DNA of 62,718 nucleotides, counting the filler, from an uncultured Thermoplasmatales archaeon (lineage in GTDB: Archaea; Thermoplasmatota; E2; DHVEG-1), in the NCBI GenBank assembly GCA_964517155.1. It is 8 parts of 8 records of this genome, joined end to end, with 100 filler letters (N's around TTAATTAATTAA, not from the genome) between each part and the next. Parts side by side here need not be neighbours in the genome. Positions count along the whole stretch, not along the records: positions 54,486 to 62,718 come from CAZFAZ010000073.1; 7 more parts are not named here. The stretch is one strand, 5' to 3'. Both the position numbers and the translations under genes were made by a program. Below the pieces are notes generated by a model. That model was not told the origin of the DNA. It made no database searches and worked only from the letters and a program-made list of their open reading frames with translations. Shown piece by piece: positions 61,545 to 62,718 of the stretch (the stretch's first letter is position 1; each line of letters opens with the position of its first letter).

Positions 61545-62111
61545 ATGACAAGATTGTGTCCATATTGTGGGCGTAATATACAATATGATGCAAGATTTTG
61601 TCCATATTGTGAAAAAACATTGGCTATTCATGAGGGGATGATACATGAGTCATATGATGTACAGCAAAAAAATGATAAAACATTATGGATTGTTCTTGTA
61701 ATAGTGCTAGTTGTAATAATTGTACCTATAGCAATTGCTGCTACATTGTACGTATATTTTAGCGGAATACTGCCCCCGTCCTCTATGAATGTTACACCAG
61801 ATATAGATATCAAGGCAACAGGCTATGCATCTTCAGCCAATAATGCCACTATAGTAATTAATTCAGTTTCAGGGGAAAATACATATTGGTCTTATCTTTA
61901 TTTTAGTATTTACGATGAGACTGATAACAAAAAATTAAATCAATACACGGATTACACTATACCTGCATCAAGTTATAGCTTAATTAAAGTAGGAGATCAA
62001 ATTCAAATAACTGGCAAAGACGACAAATTAGAGCCTGGCCATATTTATCATCTTTCAATAATTTATTACTTAACTGATGAAATTGTTAAAATAGTAACTT
62101 GGACTCAGTAA
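61545..62111 (+). CDS. Zn-ribbon + TM + pilin-like membrane protein
   Basis: CPYCG..I..DA.FCPYC, TM ending AIAATLYVY.SG, I.VGD.I.I. Confidence 0.75.
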   Translation: MTRLCPYCGRNIQYDARFCPYCEKTLAIHEGMIHESYDVQQKNDKTLWIVLVIVLVVIIVPIAIAATLYVYFSGILPPSSMNVTPDIDIKATGYASSANNATIVINSVSGENTYWSYLYFSIYDETDNKKLNQYTDYTIPASSYSLIKVGDQIQITGKDDKLEPGHIYHLSIIYYLTDEIVKIVTWTQ

Positions 62112-62128
62112 AAAAAATAAATTTTTGT

Positions 62129-62587
62129 TTATTCAAACAAAAGTTTAGCCTGTTCTGGACTATATTTCCAAGTTTTAGGAAGTGTACCTGAAGAAATATA
62201 GTATTTTGAAAGACGGCGAATCTTTGATTCAGTAAGTTGCAGACTGCGTTTGTTATGTAAATCTTTTTTATGCTCGGTTATATGTTTGCGAAGAGAAAGA
62301 GCAGTTTGTATAAGATTACGAAGATCCTCAGGTATTTCAGGTTTGAGATTATTTGTAATAAGTATCTTTGAAATACTTTTACCAGTTGCAATTCTTACAT
62401 CTGGAACTGCAAATTGATCACGAAGTATCATGCCTATTTCGCTAGTGGATTTTCCTTGTTTTGCAAGATCTATTACATGTGACTCTACTTCTCTAGTATT
62501 TAGACTGCTCCAATCAGGATGTTCTTTACGATCAACTGGTTTTGTTGAACCAGATTTGCCTTTTCTTCTCGCATGTATTCGCGCCAT
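62129..62587 (-). CDS. rps15: 30S ribosomal protein S15 (uS15, archaeal type)
   Basis: MARIHARRKGKSGS, IG..LRDQ, PEDL, ESKIRRL.KYY. Confidence 0.98.
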   Translation of the reverse strand: MARIHARRKGKSGSTKPVDRKEHPDWSSLNTREVESHVIDLAKQGKSTSEIGMILRDQFAVPDVRIATGKSISKILITNNLKPEIPEDLRNLIQTALSLRKHITEHKKDLHNKRSLQLTESKIRRLSKYYISSGTLPKTWKYSPEQAKLLFE

Positions 62588-62718
62588 ATTCTTTTTACTC
62601 CAAGTATATTTATAAGGTAAGACCAGAATAAGCTTTTAATATATAAAATTGAAGGTCAAAAAAGGGCGTAAAGCCTAATTTTATTCATTTTTATAGAATT
62701 TTTTCATATCTTCAAGAG

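Noticed and set aside
62681..62718. Possible 3' end of a minus-strand gene (LEDMKKFYKNE*)
   Set aside because: Too short to assign

Overview
Low-GC archaeal sequence made of 8 unrelated contigs joined by 7 artificial 100-nt linkers (N44-TTAATTAATTAA-N44), so gene adjacency across linkers is meaningless. Gene content (RadA, uS15-RecJ-Pcc1, methanogen-type SerRS, RaSEA, Trm11, TrmI, a C25 gingipain-like peptidase, PGF-CTERM proteins, MtrA/MtrH-like pair, peptide and threonine catabolism) points to a Thermoplasmatota archaeon, probably DHVEG-1/MBG-D (inference). Most genes are housekeeping. Main highlights: (1) a CdvA-like protein in an apparent operon with a multi-membrane-spanning signal peptidase I, upstream of a PAS plus long coiled-coil protein; (2) a giant secreted protein ending in a cleavage-type Hint domain at the contig break; (3) a redox cluster with a circularly permuted TlpA-like thioredoxin and a CxxC/polyferredoxin module; (4) a gene flanked by two tRNA 3'-end-like direct repeats; (5) a possible archaeocin-like precursor next to intact and degenerate papain-like proteins; (6) shared palindromic operators, a candidate sRNA and probable non-ATG starts. 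A high-GC bacterial-like fragment fused to half a tRNA-Val is most likely a chimera. All family assignments come from motif recognition by eye; no searches were run.
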